A stretch of 64,000 nucleotides of DNA from the NCBI GenBank assembly GCA_002633005.1, contig NMRA01000210.1:186001-250000 (forward strand), written 5' to 3'. Positions 1 through 12,720 of this stretch are shown in pieces. The DNA comes from Phoronis australis (taxonomy: Eukaryota; Animalia; Phoronida). Positions within the stretch are counted from its first letter, which is position 1. The number at the start of each line of letters is the position of its first letter. The position numbers were made by a program, and so were the translations under genes. The notes below the pieces were generated by a model, which saw nothing but the letters and a program-made list of their open reading frames with translations, did not search any database and was not told the DNA's origin.

Positions 1-133
1 CATGTATATGTAATGGTATTTAACTGTAAAACAAGTCATTTAATATTGAAAATTACACACGATTTGAGAAAAAAGGAATTCGCGAACGGAAAGAGCTATT
101 ACTTTAACTACACAGAAAAATATCAATGTAAAA

Positions 134-1590
134 CTAGAATGCAATTGCGTATGCGCACTTACAACTCTGTGCGTGGTGTACGCACGTGCAGAGTAAAGTG
201 TAGGCGAATTACATTGCACAGAAGTTGCACCCTTTGGGTGAAAGAGGTAGATGTCCGTTTTAAGTATGAAAGAGCAAGAGTGCAAAGTTAGAATATCAAC
301 AGAAAACTGCACTTAATGACCCTACAGTTGCACCTAATGATTTCAAATTTGTGACTAAATTTCCTATATGAATGAAAATGATATACGTGATTATGTAAGA
401 TCTAGCTCAAAAATCACTTTAATTTGCACTTACTGACCTTTCACCCAGAATTTCGGTTCAATTGATCAGATCGAAATTTCATGTAAGTTGTGCGTGCTCT
501 TATATGGCATCAAGCTGTTCACAAAATTTGAAGAAGCAATCTCAAAAATCACAAAGGAGAAGCACTTCAACTAAATATACTGGTTGACCCCTGTTGGGTC
601 CTATGGTGCATTTTGGGTCATACTCGTATTATCAATAGTGTTTGATTGGCATTTGGTTGAACCACCATGAATATGAACGCTCTCTGTAATACAACATCAA
701 GGTAGGAGCTGATTGAAAAAATCTGAAATTTAAGATATAAAAGCACTTAGTGACCCCAAAGTTGCACCTAATGACTCCAAAGTTTGTGGTTCAAGTTCAT
801 TTGTGAATAGATATAATATGCATGATTATGAAAGGTCTAGCTCAAAAATCACTTTTGCACTGGATGACCTTTGACCCGGAAACTCGGTACCTTTGATCCG
901 ATTTAAATTCCACGTAAATTTCGGATTCAGATCTGTAGTGCCTGCTTGTTATCAAAATTTGGAGAGTCTATCTAAAAAACTGTAGAAGAAGCAATTTGAT
1001 GGAATGCATCCCTTGACCCATTTTGGGTCAATCCGGTGCATTTTTAGTCAAATTCATGTGATCAATAGAATTTGATTGGCAATTGGTTGAACTACCATGA
1101 ATATAAATACTCTCCCTACTGCATCATTCAAGTTCAAGCCGATTGAAAAAGTCTTAAATTAAACAGAAAAATGCACTTAATGACCCCAACGTTTGTGACT
1201 GAACTTCCTTTATGAATGGTAATCATATGCATGATTATGAAAGGTCTAGCTCAAAAACCACATTTGCACCAAATGACCTTTGACCCAGAAACTCAGTTCC
1301 CTTCGTCCGATTGGAATTCCAAGTAAATTTCGGATGCAGATCTCTAGTGTCTACTTGTTACCAAAATTCGAAGAGTCTATCTAAAAACCTGTAGAAGAAG
1401 CATTTTGTAAAAATGCACTTCTTGACCCATTTCGGGTCAATCCGGTGCATTTTGGGTCAAACCATTATAATCAGAAAAAACCCAATGATGAACCTATGAA
1501 CCACAGTGAATATGAATGTTGTTAGCGAATCGAAGTAAAAGTACTAACAATCTGAAACGGAAGGAAGAAGAATAAAAATAATAATAATAA
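134..1590 (-). mobile_element. Non-autonomous Helitron/Helentron-like element with ~430-bp internal tandem units
   Basis: CTAG at 134-137 lies near an imperfect hairpin (actctg...cagagt). Degenerate units start at ~302, ~739 and ~1167 (aaaatgcacttaatgacccc...tctagctcaaaa...tgacctttgaccc). It ends in an (AAT/AAG)n microsatellite at 1561-1590. Confidence 0.55.
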
Positions 1591-1593
1591 GAA

Positions 1594-2878
1594 CTAGAAA
1601 GATTATTGTCACGGCGTGACAATAATGGACTCTGCGCGTGCGCATTACTGGAATTGTTTTGGGAAGCTATTGACAGCAACCCGTTTACCAATATGAAAAG
1701 GAATTCTTTAAAATTGTAGGAGAAATTACATGTTAATATTTTGATGACCTTTCCACTAATTGACCTCTTCCGGTGCATTATGAACCCCGATCAACGAATA
1801 ATTGTAAACTCGATTTAAAGTGTGGTTAATGCTAAGAATCACAGATGTTTTACTTTAAGCACTTCACAATACAAGATGAATGAATTGGTCAAACTTTCAG
1901 AAGAAAAATGCACCTAGTGACCCCTTGGGTGCACCAAATGACCTGAAAATTTAGAATTCAAACTCAATCGTATTTAGTAAACACATATGTAATATTGAAG
2001 TCTCTAGCTCAAAATTTTAGTTTGCACTCAATGACCTTTGACCTATTTTTTCTGATTGGTTAGGCCTATTGCGTAGTAAAGTAGGGTATTCAATTGGCAT
2101 GTTGACTTACACCAGTGTGCTGAAATTGAAAAGAATTCCTTAAAAAACGTAAGAGATATAACATTTTGAACGTTACATGACCTTTGCACTAATTGACCCT
2201 ATCTGGTGCATTATAAGCGTCTTTAGGAGAATTATTGCAAAGCCCATAAAAATGTATTTAATGCTGAGAATCACAGTTGTCTAACACTTGACACATCAGA
2301 ATACTTGCTGATTGAAAAGGTCAAATTTTCGGAAGAAAAAAGCACCTAATGACCCCATGTTTGCACTAAATGACCTGAAACTTTGGATTCCAAATTGAAT
2401 TACCTGTGCCAATCAGACCTGTCAATTTGAAATGTCTAGCTCAAAATTTTAGTTTGCACCTAATGACCTTTGACCTATTTCACCTGATTGGATGACCCGA
2501 TTATTTAGAAAAGTAATTTTTTAAATCGCCTTATTGACTTATACCTGTGCACCGAATTTGAAAAGAATAGCTTTAAAAATGAAGGAGTAGCATTTTGAAA
2601 ATCACATGACCTTTGCACCAAATGACCTCTTCCGGTGCAATATGGAATATGATTATAACGAATCAAAATTCATGTACTGCCAAAAATCACATGCAGAATT
2701 TAAAGAACATACCTACACCCATTTTGGAGTTATTAAGCCTCAAAGTTGTTCGTAAGAAGAATAAGAAGAATAAAATTGAAGAAAACCCAGGAACAACAGT
2801 GCGCGTGTAAGCGCAGAGTAATAAGAAGATAAAATACGTAGAAGAGTAAAACTCTGCGCTTGCACGCGCAGAGTAATA
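1594..2878 (-). mobile_element. Second related Helitron/Helentron-like element with tandem internal units
   Basis: Perfect hairpin ATTATTGTCAC-GGC-GTGACAATAAT (1602-1626) lies 4 nt from CTAG (1594-1597), which reads as hairpin + CTAG-3' on the minus strand. Units start at ~1904 and ~2336. Terminal hairpin ACTCTGCGC-ttgcac-GCGCAGAGT at 2851-2874. Confidence 0.6.
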
Positions 2879-3091
2879 ATTTGGAGTTTGAGATTGAGCT
2901 TGGACATTTGAACCTAGGCACTGTCTCTATTTCATGAGAAGTGAGTTGATCAGTTTTCATGAAACATGTCCCAAATCTAGATTTCGCATTACAAGCATAA
3001 TTTCTTTCCAGGTACATCCCTATCGTTTGAGACTGCAACTTTGAGTAAAGAGCATCGAGGTTATCCTGTTCATACTGAATCACCGACAATC

Positions 3092-3209
3092 ATGGTTACA
3101 GATGTAAGATGTATCTTTCTCGTATTATCGGCTTCCGTCGTAACAACTACGATATACGTCATCATAAGAGGTGAAGTAGACCTACCGGGAATATACTCGA
3201 TTGTTGGCA
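3092..3209 (+). CDS. Alpha-1,3-fucosyltransferase (GT10), coding exon 1: cytoplasmic N-terminus and signal-anchor TM
   Basis: Acceptor tttctttccAG ends at 3011. ATG at 3092 encodes MVTDVRCIFLVLSASVVTTTIYVIIRGEVDLPGIYSIVG. Donor GTAAGT at 3210. The 118 nt give phase 1, matching the acceptor at 6316. Confidence 0.75.
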
Positions 3210-4257
3210 GTAAGTTTAACATAGATTTATGATTACAAACTGAGGAATCTGTTCAGGAAACAGTTCATGACAATAGAAAAAAGCTACTCGACCCTCATTG
3301 CAAAATATAGACGTCTACCTGATTAAAACTAATGGATTCTATCAAAACCAGTGTTTTTATAAGTTAATTTAGCTTAAAATTCAAAACTAAGCAAGCAATC
3401 AAAAATCCCAACATCGTTTTGGATATCAATTATGAAATGTTCAAATGCAAATGGTTTGATTAAGCTCATTAATCTACGGGTCGTTCTCTCATGAATGTGC
3501 ATTTCAAAAATGTACACACAAAATAACAGTGGCAGAAAAGATGTAAGGAATGGGGGGGNNNNNCAAAACGTGATGCAGCCTGAACCTAAAAGTTTTGCTA
3601 CAAGATTTAATAGACGACAAACAAAAACCTGCTGACCCTACGGCATAAAATTACCCCCAAATATAAAGAAGTACTTAGCACAGAGCCGGTGAGGTATGGA
3701 AAATAGAGAACACCTAAGGCCCAAGAATTCTGCGCCTGGGGAACATTGGGCATGAGAAACAACGGTAAGCTACCTGGGAAAATTGAGAGATGGGAATGGC
3801 GTATTCGAGTGATAATTAGAGAACGGGGTTTCAGTAAACTAGACTCATAGGTATATGACGACAACGTGATTCGACCTCTGCTGCACCCTCCAAGTGTGCG
3901 TGTTAGTTAGTCTCTACAGGAGGCTTTTTGAAGGAAGAGAGTTTCCGTTTAGAAAACTGGTTGATGGATTTCAATGAAGCTTGACACAGGGGTTTGCAGC
4001 AGTGTGCCAGGACCAGTCAATTTTCGGTCAAGTCTACCACTGGTCTACATCTTAGTGACTATTTTGTCTGGATGCCCTATTGTTCAGTTATCTGTCAGTA
4101 TCTCAAAAAACGATGGTCGTATCATAATAAATATAGTTCATCACTAGGGCAGTGTAATGCCACTTTTCAATCTGCCCTCGCTCCCAGACGAGTGTGTTTA
4201 GGGAAGAACACTGCCAGATATCTAGAGAACTGATTCACAGATTTCAATGAGACTTAT

Positions 4258-5959
4258 AGGAGAATGCCACCCCAAAACAACCTATTCTGTATCAATTTAG
4301 ATCGAGTAGTTCTACTCGATAACGACAGGCTCGGTTGCGTTACCTGACACCTGACGACAGACGGAGGTGTTGAAATTATTCAGTGACGTAATTGGTTTCA
4401 CACGCAGTCTGTTCAGCAGTTCACAACACGGGTATGTGGTGTCAGCTTATCGCTTGAATTCATCGTTTAACACCAATTAATCATCAAACTTCGATGTAAA
4501 ACCCTTAAAAATAAACCGAGTTCTTATAAACACGTGTTGTATTATTTAGCTGTCACGGATTTACTGGTATTTGGACACATCGTAGCCTACAAAGTTCGGC
4601 AGGCCAATTTACCAAGGTCCGTAGCAGGAGTTTGGAGTCTGTTCGGAGATAAATTCGAAGTATTCCTCCTTGAAATACAGACAGGAGAACCTAGATCTGT
4701 GTTGTTTATACTCGTGATTTTTTGAGTTCTAAACACACAAAACGTTTGTTATCCCGGCCAGTGGCTCGGAACCCGATCAGGCTCGTCGCTGACTCGTTAT
4801 CCCAGCCAGTGGCTCGGAACCCGATAAGGCCCGTCGCTGCCGCCGGGACTGGCACGAACATAAACCAGCTTGAGTTGGAAACTAAACCTCCAGTCACGAA
4901 AAGACTATAATAGTGAGCCAAAGAAATAACGTGCACGTAATTATTGATGTGAATTAGCCACGAAACTGAAAATCTACTTACTTGTAGGGGGTCGCGAAGT
5001 CGGGTTCCCCTTCCACACACCGTCAGGGCAAAGGTTGTACAGTAACAATGATTTGAATAATATATTTGTATTTCTAAATAAAGATTCCCCTAACATGTGA
5101 CCATAGCATATAAAATCGAGTAATCAATTGCTTCACAACAGCTTTCTCTCAGCAAACACTGAATTAGCATGCGCTCACACGGCCCCGGTGCCCGGTCAAT
5201 TACCTTTGTAGTAGGCATCAAAAGCCGGTAAGGCAGTGGTTTATTCATCGCACTCACGAGCACTCCAAGGCATTACAAAGTGTATCTAATGAGACACACT
5301 TTGTTTTAGTTTCATATAAGCATTGGTTAGGATGATAATAATTCATTTTGAAACAGAACGCAGAATAATAAACGTCTACATGGCAACTCGCCCGGCGCCA
5401 ATTCCGACTGTCAAGAGCTCATCCGACGAAGACTTCACGGGTCCCATCGTTAGGTTTCACAGGCTATCAGTTCGAACCGGAATACACTGATCAAGAAATA
5501 CTACAGAGGCGCCGTGAACATACAATGTACACAAGCAACGGAACGTATGGATAGTTCTTTGGTAAGCCGGAATTCGTCAGAGAAATCGCTGTCGACATGC
5601 CGGCCACAGACACTGAGAAGTTTCACGGCCTCATACTTGCTATTTAGAGCGTACCTTTCATTCTTCACTACCGCAAGCCACTTCCTAAGCATTTTATTTC
5701 GGGCTCTCGAGGAAGTCGAAAAAACAATATGCCCTCTTTCTTCGCAGCTTCATAGTTTGGACAAGCGGGAACGATGCACCGCAATATAGCGGCATTCATT
5801 CTGCAGACGAACCACTGACGTCGCTGCCTCGTTTCTCACCTTCCTCACAGGTTAACGTGACACCTCTCGACAAGGTGCGGTCGACCGTATAAGAGGCGAT
5901 GTGGATATAGACCGATTAGGACGATAAAAAAGACTAATCAAATTGGATGGCATTCTCCT
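4258..5959. mobile_element. Non-autonomous Kolobok DNA transposon (1.7 kb) in the fucosyltransferase intron
   Basis: TIRs AGGAGAATGCCACCC (4258) and GGATGGCATTCTCCT (5945-5959) are flanked by TTAT (4254-4257) and TTAA (5960-5963). RR...YY ends with a TTAA TSD are Kolobok hallmarks. Subterminal perfect hairpin ATCGAGTAG-tt-CTACTCGAT at 4301-4320. A 48-bp internal tandem duplication at 4748-4838. Confidence 0.8.
5380..5815 (+). pseudogene. Decayed KolX / P2X7 cytoplasmic-ballast-like accessory gene remnant
   Basis: ATG at 5380 gives MATRPAPIPTVKSSSDEDF. After a frameshift come GYQFEPEYTDQEIL (5462-), KQYALFLRSFIVW and QYSGIHS (~5782). These resemble the YQFEP and terminal GQYSGF motifs of ballast-like proteins. 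The Cys-rich core is missing. Confidence 0.4.
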
Positions 5960-6316
5960 TTAACACAAGTATTAAACACATATGATAACAATGCTCCGAC
6001 AGAAGTCAATTTTTGCGAGAATTTGACCTCTGTAGCACCCCCATTGGCCATTTATGCTTTGAAAGGAACTTTTTATACATTTTTACCTCAAGAAAGTTTC
6101 GAAAGATATCTAGAAAAGCAATTTATATATTTCATCAAATTTAAACACAGACGTGCAACCGCAATGCGCTGAAACCAGTCGACTTTCGAGCGGACGTGAC
6201 TACTGTAGAATCCCTAATTTACATGTATTGATTAGCCATTCTTCCGTTCTGTTTTCATATAGCTTTGCAATGAAGTCATTCTTCTGAAACAAACTTAAGG
6301 TTATTTCTCATTCCAG

Positions 6317-7335
6317 AAACCATTTATCAGCAAAAAGTGAAGTCGTCCGTGAAACCTAGACGACAACCAAAGCCGCCAGTGATTCTGTTCTGGACAAATT
6401 TTTTTTCGGATACTGAGTGGAACATAGGCGTGGGAAAGAACAAATATCTGCCAGAGTGCAACGTGACATGTGAAATTACAAATGAGAAATCTCGTTTTAA
6501 CGGAAGCAAGGCAATTATAATACACCCAAGAAATCCGGTTTCACCTTTACCTAAAGCTCGACAACCATGGCAGTGTGCTATATTCTTTTTACTGGAATCG
6601 CCAGTTAACACTCCTAACCTTAATCGGTTCGCCGGCATATTCAACTATACGATGACCTACAGGTCAGATTCGGACATACCAGTGCCCTACGGAAGATTAA
6701 TCAAGAGACACAAACCAAGCACACCACTGAAAACGCACAATTCATTCAAGAACAGGACAAAAGACATTCTTTGGTTTGTTAGCAATTGCAGTCCACCAAG
6801 TCGTCGGCAAGACGTGGTTGCTCATCTTAAAAAACATGTAAAAGTGGATGTTTTTGGTAAGTGCGGTAAAGCACAGTGCAAAGGAGACTGCGAAAAGCAA
6901 CTCACGAGGCAATACAAATTTTACTTATCATTTGAGAACAGCCTCTGTGAGGATTATGCTACGGAAAAACTTTTCAGGGCTTACCAACGTTATGGTTTAA
7001 TACCAATTGTTTATGGAGGTGCCAACTACACTGAGATACTGCCGCCTAATAGTTACATAAATGTGGCTGACTACGCATCGATAGAACAGTTAGCTCGACA
7101 TATCCTAAACGTTTCGGTTAACGAAACGCTGTTTAACAGCTACTTTGACTGGAAAAAAACCCATTATGTCGGTGACGTGGAAAAAAACACCTACATAACG
7201 GGTTTTTGTACTCTGTGCAACAAAATTCATCAAGGGAGTCTTAAACACAAAACGTATAAAAACCTTCAAAACTGGTGGAGTTCTGGCAGGTGTAGAAGTC
7301 CGAAGCAACAGTTTCCACAGCTTAAACTAGCTTGA
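6317..7335 (+). CDS. Alpha-1,3-fucosyltransferase (GT10), coding exon 2: stem and catalytic domain
   Basis: Acceptor tttctcattccAG ends at 6316. The open frame carries VILFW, LESP, FNYTMTYRSDSDIPVPYG, WFVSNC, VDVFGKCG, the alpha-1,3-FucT motif YKFYLSFENSLCEDYATEKLF, PIVYGG and YFDW. Stop TGA at 7333-7335. Confidence 0.95.
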
Positions 7336-8589
7336 CATCAGCCCTAACTTATGTATTTCAGAGGCAAGATTCGGTGCCGGTATGTGTGTGTATGTTCCCT
7401 TTCAATTTTTACACCAGGACCCGGAATTGTAGAATGGTCATGATCCGGAGCACGTCGAGTATTTTCGTACCTTTAAATACACGAGCCCACGCTTTCGAAT
7501 TGGACAAGTACAATGCGTGCACAGGAGCGTGGGAGAGAACTTATTCGAGTAAACAAGCCGATTTTTGCATTTGCTCCGGAAAACAAAATGCAGGTTTTTC
7601 TTCAAGTATGAGGCAATGGCAAAAACGGTTCTTGATAAATACATTTCGCACTTGAATGATGCGGGGTTGTTGGGACACATACACGCTCAGGTAATTCATT
7701 AAGTTGGCTTTTATTTCGTGGATTTCGGCATCGCTGTTCGGTGCCAGGATGATTAGGGTAGAAATAACTTCCGGTTATTCTGATATTAAGGTTTTAATTG
7801 TGAAATAATTTGAAGTTGGTGAATGCTTGTTTTTTTTCCATTTCAGATTAGCTTTGAATTATCTGGATTTGAATATGTGTACGATTTTACGAGTAATTTA
7901 TGTTTTCAAAAAAACACGTACATTTTTAGTCGACAAAAGAAAATTTGACACACGTAGTTGTCTTCGCTTACAACTAATAAATAACAAATATTCATTATGA
8001 AGAGTGCTATGTGACTTTTGTCAAGAATAAGCCGAATATAAAAAATAGCCGTATGCTGAGTTCAACATCTATCTCGTTTAGAAGCAAATATTCTTTCTCA
8101 AGAACATAATATAATTCTTCGCTTTACTGGTTATCGCATGTGACACATGTTAGTATTTGCATTTCACAACTCATCACATGGTACACTCCGAAGTTAGGGG
8201 CCGTGACAGCATGCTGAGGATAGTCGTGCTGAGTGGACCCTCTTGAGAAGGCTGTCGGTAGGTGTGGCTATCAGTTATGATCGTTTACGAAAGCTCAGAT
8301 ACCTAGGCTGACAAACCATCAAACAATCGGGACCACAGCAACCGGGACTCGCTGAAGAGTGCCAGAGAGAGCGCAGGCCCTATGGGATTTCCGTTACGGC
8401 TCTTAGTAAGGAAGCTAAATCTTTCTGGAATCTTTTGATCGATGCTTAGGACAAGATAGAAACTTTCGAGTGTCTCTGTGTTGTGTATATTGTGTCTTTT
8501 TCTATCTGTATATCTGTGGACATCGGAGAAACTGGTCGAAGTCTGGCCACGCGGATATATGAGCACACTGTAAAGAATTGGAACTCCAG

Positions 8590-8775
8590 TAATTTCACTC
8601 GTAATCAGACAGCTTCCAAACACACTATTCACAAATAAGCAGTAACTGACTATACCGTGCAAAGTAACTATATTATTGACTGGGAAAATATTCCCATTTT
8701 CAACAGAAATTCCAATAGATTCTCCACGTGGATCAAAGAGCCTTATCAGGAAATCGGATAATCTTTAAACGAAAA
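8590..8775 (+). mobile_element. Penelope-like element, GIY-YIG endonuclease C-terminal remnant
   Basis: Translates HK*AVTDYTVQSNYIIDWENIPIFNRNSNRFSTWIKE, matching the PLE C-terminal pattern KSAxxDH...HxIDW...I...E.N...RWIKE. Confidence 0.6.
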
Positions 8776-9179
8776 GGACCTCCCTGTTATGTGGTGTGTG
8801 GAAAGTGAAAAATCTTGAGAATAACCGTCGCTGTTGTTTACTCCTAGACGTTGTTATAGCGCATGTATATGTGTTAGTCTGTAAGTTAATTTTAATCACT
8901 TCGGTTTGTTACTCCTTTGATAATTGTTGGCGGTTTCATTGGTCAATTAAATGGTTTGAGTCGACCAAATCTCGTCTCAATTTTCTTCAAAGCATTCTAC
9001 ACTATTCAAGTCTGATTCAATTAATAATGTACTCATTCATCCTTTACAATGTGAATTTTTACAGTCAGCGCACTGGATTGTGACCTGAAGAGTTTATTTA
9101 GCGATTGGGTGTGGATGTTTTAAATTGTCAACTAAACTGACAAAACATAAATTTGAAAGTTTTTCCCATACGTGCTCAA

Positions 9180-9817
9180 AACAAGATGGCAGAAGGGAGA
9201 GTGATATTTCTTCAGACCAAGCTTATGGGTCACGGCGTGATGTGGAATTTTATCAGATTTGCCTGAAGAAATGTCTTCTGAGCCAAGGTTCATCAAGATA
9301 CAAGTGCATTAATCAATGAAAACTTTGCCAGAAAGCATAGGTTTTATGTGACTTTATACGACAGAAACAGCGAGTAAAATTCCACACTTTTCATTATACA
9401 GATGACTCCACAAAGGTTCACCAAATTTTATTTTTAAGAAAGGTGCATTGATAGCAAAATACCCCCTGGGTCGATTTTAATGAAACTTTTTTTAAATGAA
9501 AACTTCACCAATTACCTCAAAAACGCTGTTAGGAATTTTTCATTAGTTTTTTCGTTTGGTTTCTACGACAAATCAAACGTAAGATATCTTTGTAAAAGTC
9601 GTATCCGTCTTTGTTACATTACGCAAAAAAACAGGCCTTTATATCGAAAATCCTAACAGCGTTTTTGAGACTAAATATTAAATTTGGGAAGTTTTAGCAA
9701 AATCCACCTAGCCGTTTTTGAGAACTCGTGTTCCTAAGTTCAAATGAAGTCGATTTGCCGAAGCTGAGAAAAAGCCGAATAAACTGGGACAAGTGAAAAT
9801 CTCAAAGTCTTCCCTTA
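9180..9817. mobile_element. Probable Kolobok-type MITE fragment
   Basis: Ends in ...aagtcttcccTTAA (~9805-9818). Internal inverted motif ctcaaaaacgctgttagga / tcctaacagcgtttttgag (9516 and 9650). Left terminus not found. Confidence 0.3.
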
Positions 9818-11708
9818 ATTATTCGGTAAAAGCTTGTTTTCGGTACACATAACCTATACAAGCCTTAAATTTGTTCGCTATTTCAACATTCACTCGCAAT
9901 GTCAACTGATTTTGCAGTACGAAATTAAAAACGTATCATTCCCAGCTAGCTACTGTTGTTTGCGACCTTTTGACCTACTTTTTAATGTAAATAGGTCATA
10001 GTTCATTGTTATACACATAGCTTGTACACGTCACGTGCTGGGAGACTGGGTATTACTTGGGTATTACTTGGGTGCAGACCCAGCGTCGTCACACTCGGGG
10101 CAGACCCATTGATGCTCGGCTTTCCACTTCATCAAGTCAGACAAGGTCCTTTGACTAACCACTCCAACCAACTGCTGATTACACAGTCGTCTTGCCCGGC
10201 CATGCAACCGGCTATCAGCACCACAGCCTCTCTCATATCCAAGCAGCTACATTCTGTCAATTGCATCTCCATTCTCCCGTGGCTCCACCTCTCTAAGTGT
10301 TCCGACAATCTCACTCCATCCCAGTCTGAGGGCGCCCTGTATCGGTGCTTTTCCCGCTAGCTTGTCAGCTTTCTCATTTCCGGCAACCCCCGGCATGCCC
10401 AAGGGAGAATATCCAAGTCAGCTTTCTCAGTCCACTACTTTGTAAATGCAGCAGCCACTAGTGTTTAAGATATCCCTTTTCGATTTTTCTCAGCATGCTC
10501 TGAGAGTCTGTCACAACTAACTGCACAGGTATGCCTGCTTTCCTGTAGCCATGTAAGTGCCAATTCAGCAGCAACCTCCTCCATCTTCATACTAGATGTC
10601 GTGAGCTCATATGTCTCACCATTTTCCGCTCCTATTTTGCCATCCACATTGGCTGGGAGACTGATAAGTAACCAAGTAAGAAATGGATAACAAAGATCGA
10701 ATCGGTGGTTAAAGCATGTCGTCAGCATGAGACCGAAACATTGAAATGTCAGTTTATTAATTGAATGAGGAATTAGGGTTAGGACTTATCTCTTTTCACA
10801 ATTTGCTGTGTTCCTGTGTTCACCAACGGTCGTGTGCATGTAGACACACAACTCCCTTAGAATCAAAACTACGTTTTGTCTTTGTTTTCCTCGGCACCAT
10901 TCTACCATAAGTACACCTCGTTTACTCAATGTTACGGCGATTTTGTGAATGAAAGGACTGAGGGTATACGAAACTGTTCTGTACCTGGCGGGAGATTAGA
11001 TTTGATTGAAAGCCCTTTAACCTTTGACCTTGGATGAGTACATGTAGTAAACAAATATCCACGCGGTTGTTCGGTTCCGAGGTGGTTCTGTTAAATCTTT
11101 TTTTTTTCTCGCTACGCAGTATATTTTGAATTTGAAGTTCCCCGAGAATAAAGATAAGGTATTTTACTAGACACAAGTGAAATATTGTAAAATGACCATT
11201 TTTGTGAATAAGGTTGGACATAACCTTAAGAAAAAGAATTCGATATTACCAATCACGACTATCAAAAGTGTGCGGTAAATGCTTTTGTCGAGTGTAACCA
11301 TGCAGAACGTCTGACTATTTTTCCATCATTTTTAGCTCATGTCACAAGCAGACAAATAATGCCTACTAAGTATCGGGGATGGGATAATGATAGTGTTTAT
11401 CACACTTAGAGAACGTAATACAAAAACATAGACAGGAAACTAAATTCAATTTGCATAGCACACAAAAATTATACGTAACCGGTTTTTGCGCAGTTGATGC
11501 TAAAATATTTTTCAAATTTTTCCCGAGGTCTGGATTTTATGTCATCTGTGCATCGTTTGAAATTAAGTCGGTAATTGCTACTTCTCCCGTACGAAAAGTG
11601 TACTTTCACGTTGGCGCGATTTCATTTAACATAAATTGAGGAGTATTATACTACACGATGCGCACCCTCGACACCATACAAACCGAAAAGGTTACGTTTT
11701 CAAGTATG

Positions 11709-12720
11709 GCATAAACGAGTGCGGGTATCAGGAAAATTGGATGATCCCTACATCTATGCGTCATTTGATTCTGATACAGCTGTAAAGAATGGACAATTGT
11801 GAACATAGTCTGTTACGTATACACCTAAAGTTGCGAGTGTAGTTTTTGGGAACTGCTCCTCATTTTTACAAACCTTAACCAGATATTATTTTCCACGGAA
11901 AAACAAATTTGTAAATTAAACAACAGACTGGTTCCTTTGAGATAACTACAATATAGAGTGAGGTTGTACGTGGGTTTTCATAGTGTCCGTCAAGTTTGGC
12001 ACAAGTGAATGGAACACGTCGGGTGTTAGTTTTACTTATCTGGCCCGTGTATAGTCGATGAGGGTTCGTTTTTGTATTCAGTGATAGATGTTGTGTATTA
12101 CATGGCTCATTGAGTATTTTGGGAGGTTGTTCAATAGTTTCGTACGGATGACTGAGTGAGTAGTGGTCGGCTACTAGTGGTATCTTTTGCAGTACGATGT
12201 CTTATTTTAGTTACNGCATAAACGAGTCGGGTGTCAGGAAAATTGGATGATCCCTACATCTATGCGTCAAATGATTCTGATACAGCTGTAAAGAATGGAC
12301 AATTGTGAACATAGTCTGTTACGTATACACCTAAAGTTGCGAGTGTAGTTTTTGGGAACTGCTCCTCAATTTTACAAACCTTAACCAGATATTATTTTCC
12401 ACGGAAAAACAAATTTGTAAATTAAACAACAGACTGGTTCATTTGAGATAACTACAATATAGAGTGAGGTTGTACGTGGGTTTTCATAGTGTCCGTCAAG
12501 TTTGGCACAAGTGAATGGAACACGTCGGGTGTTAGTTTTACTTATCTGGCCCGTGTATAGTCGATGAGGGTTCGTTTTTGTATTCAGTGATAGATGTTGT
12601 GTATTACATGGCTCATTGAGTATTTTGGGAGGTTGTTCAATAGTTTCGTACGGATGACTGAGTGAGTAGTGGTCGGCTACTAGTGGTATCTTTTGCAGTA
12701 CGATGTCTTATTTTAGTTAC
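11709..12720. other. Haplotype-overlap duplication across single N (12215)
   Basis: 11709-12214 is repeated at 12216-12720 with a few substitutions and indels. Confidence 0.8.

Larger units (their letters stand above)
3860..6210. repeat. Older interspersed repeat (Helentron/HINE-like) split by the Kolobok insertion
   Basis: The motif atttcaatgaagcttgacacag (3968) recurs as atttcaatgagact-TTAA-cacaag across the 4258-5959 insertion. gacctctgctgcaccc (~3874) recurs as gacctctgtagcaccc (~6026). Confidence 0.4.

Noticed and set aside
4560-4710. THAP-domain remnant on the minus strand of the Kolobok element (LYFKEEYFE)
   Set aside because: The key C2CH and AVPT residues cannot be recovered without assuming several mutations.
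10022-10728. Short ORFs as a gene or a Hero/RTE retroelement remnant
   Set aside because: Only faint motif resemblance (ELT..MEE, LSEHAEK). No splice-consistent model or diagnostic domain.
11709-12720. 500-bp direct repeat upstream of gag as a pair of LTRs
   Set aside because: The copies are adjacent and separated by one N, matching the haplotype-overlap pattern seen elsewhere. They do not flank the element.
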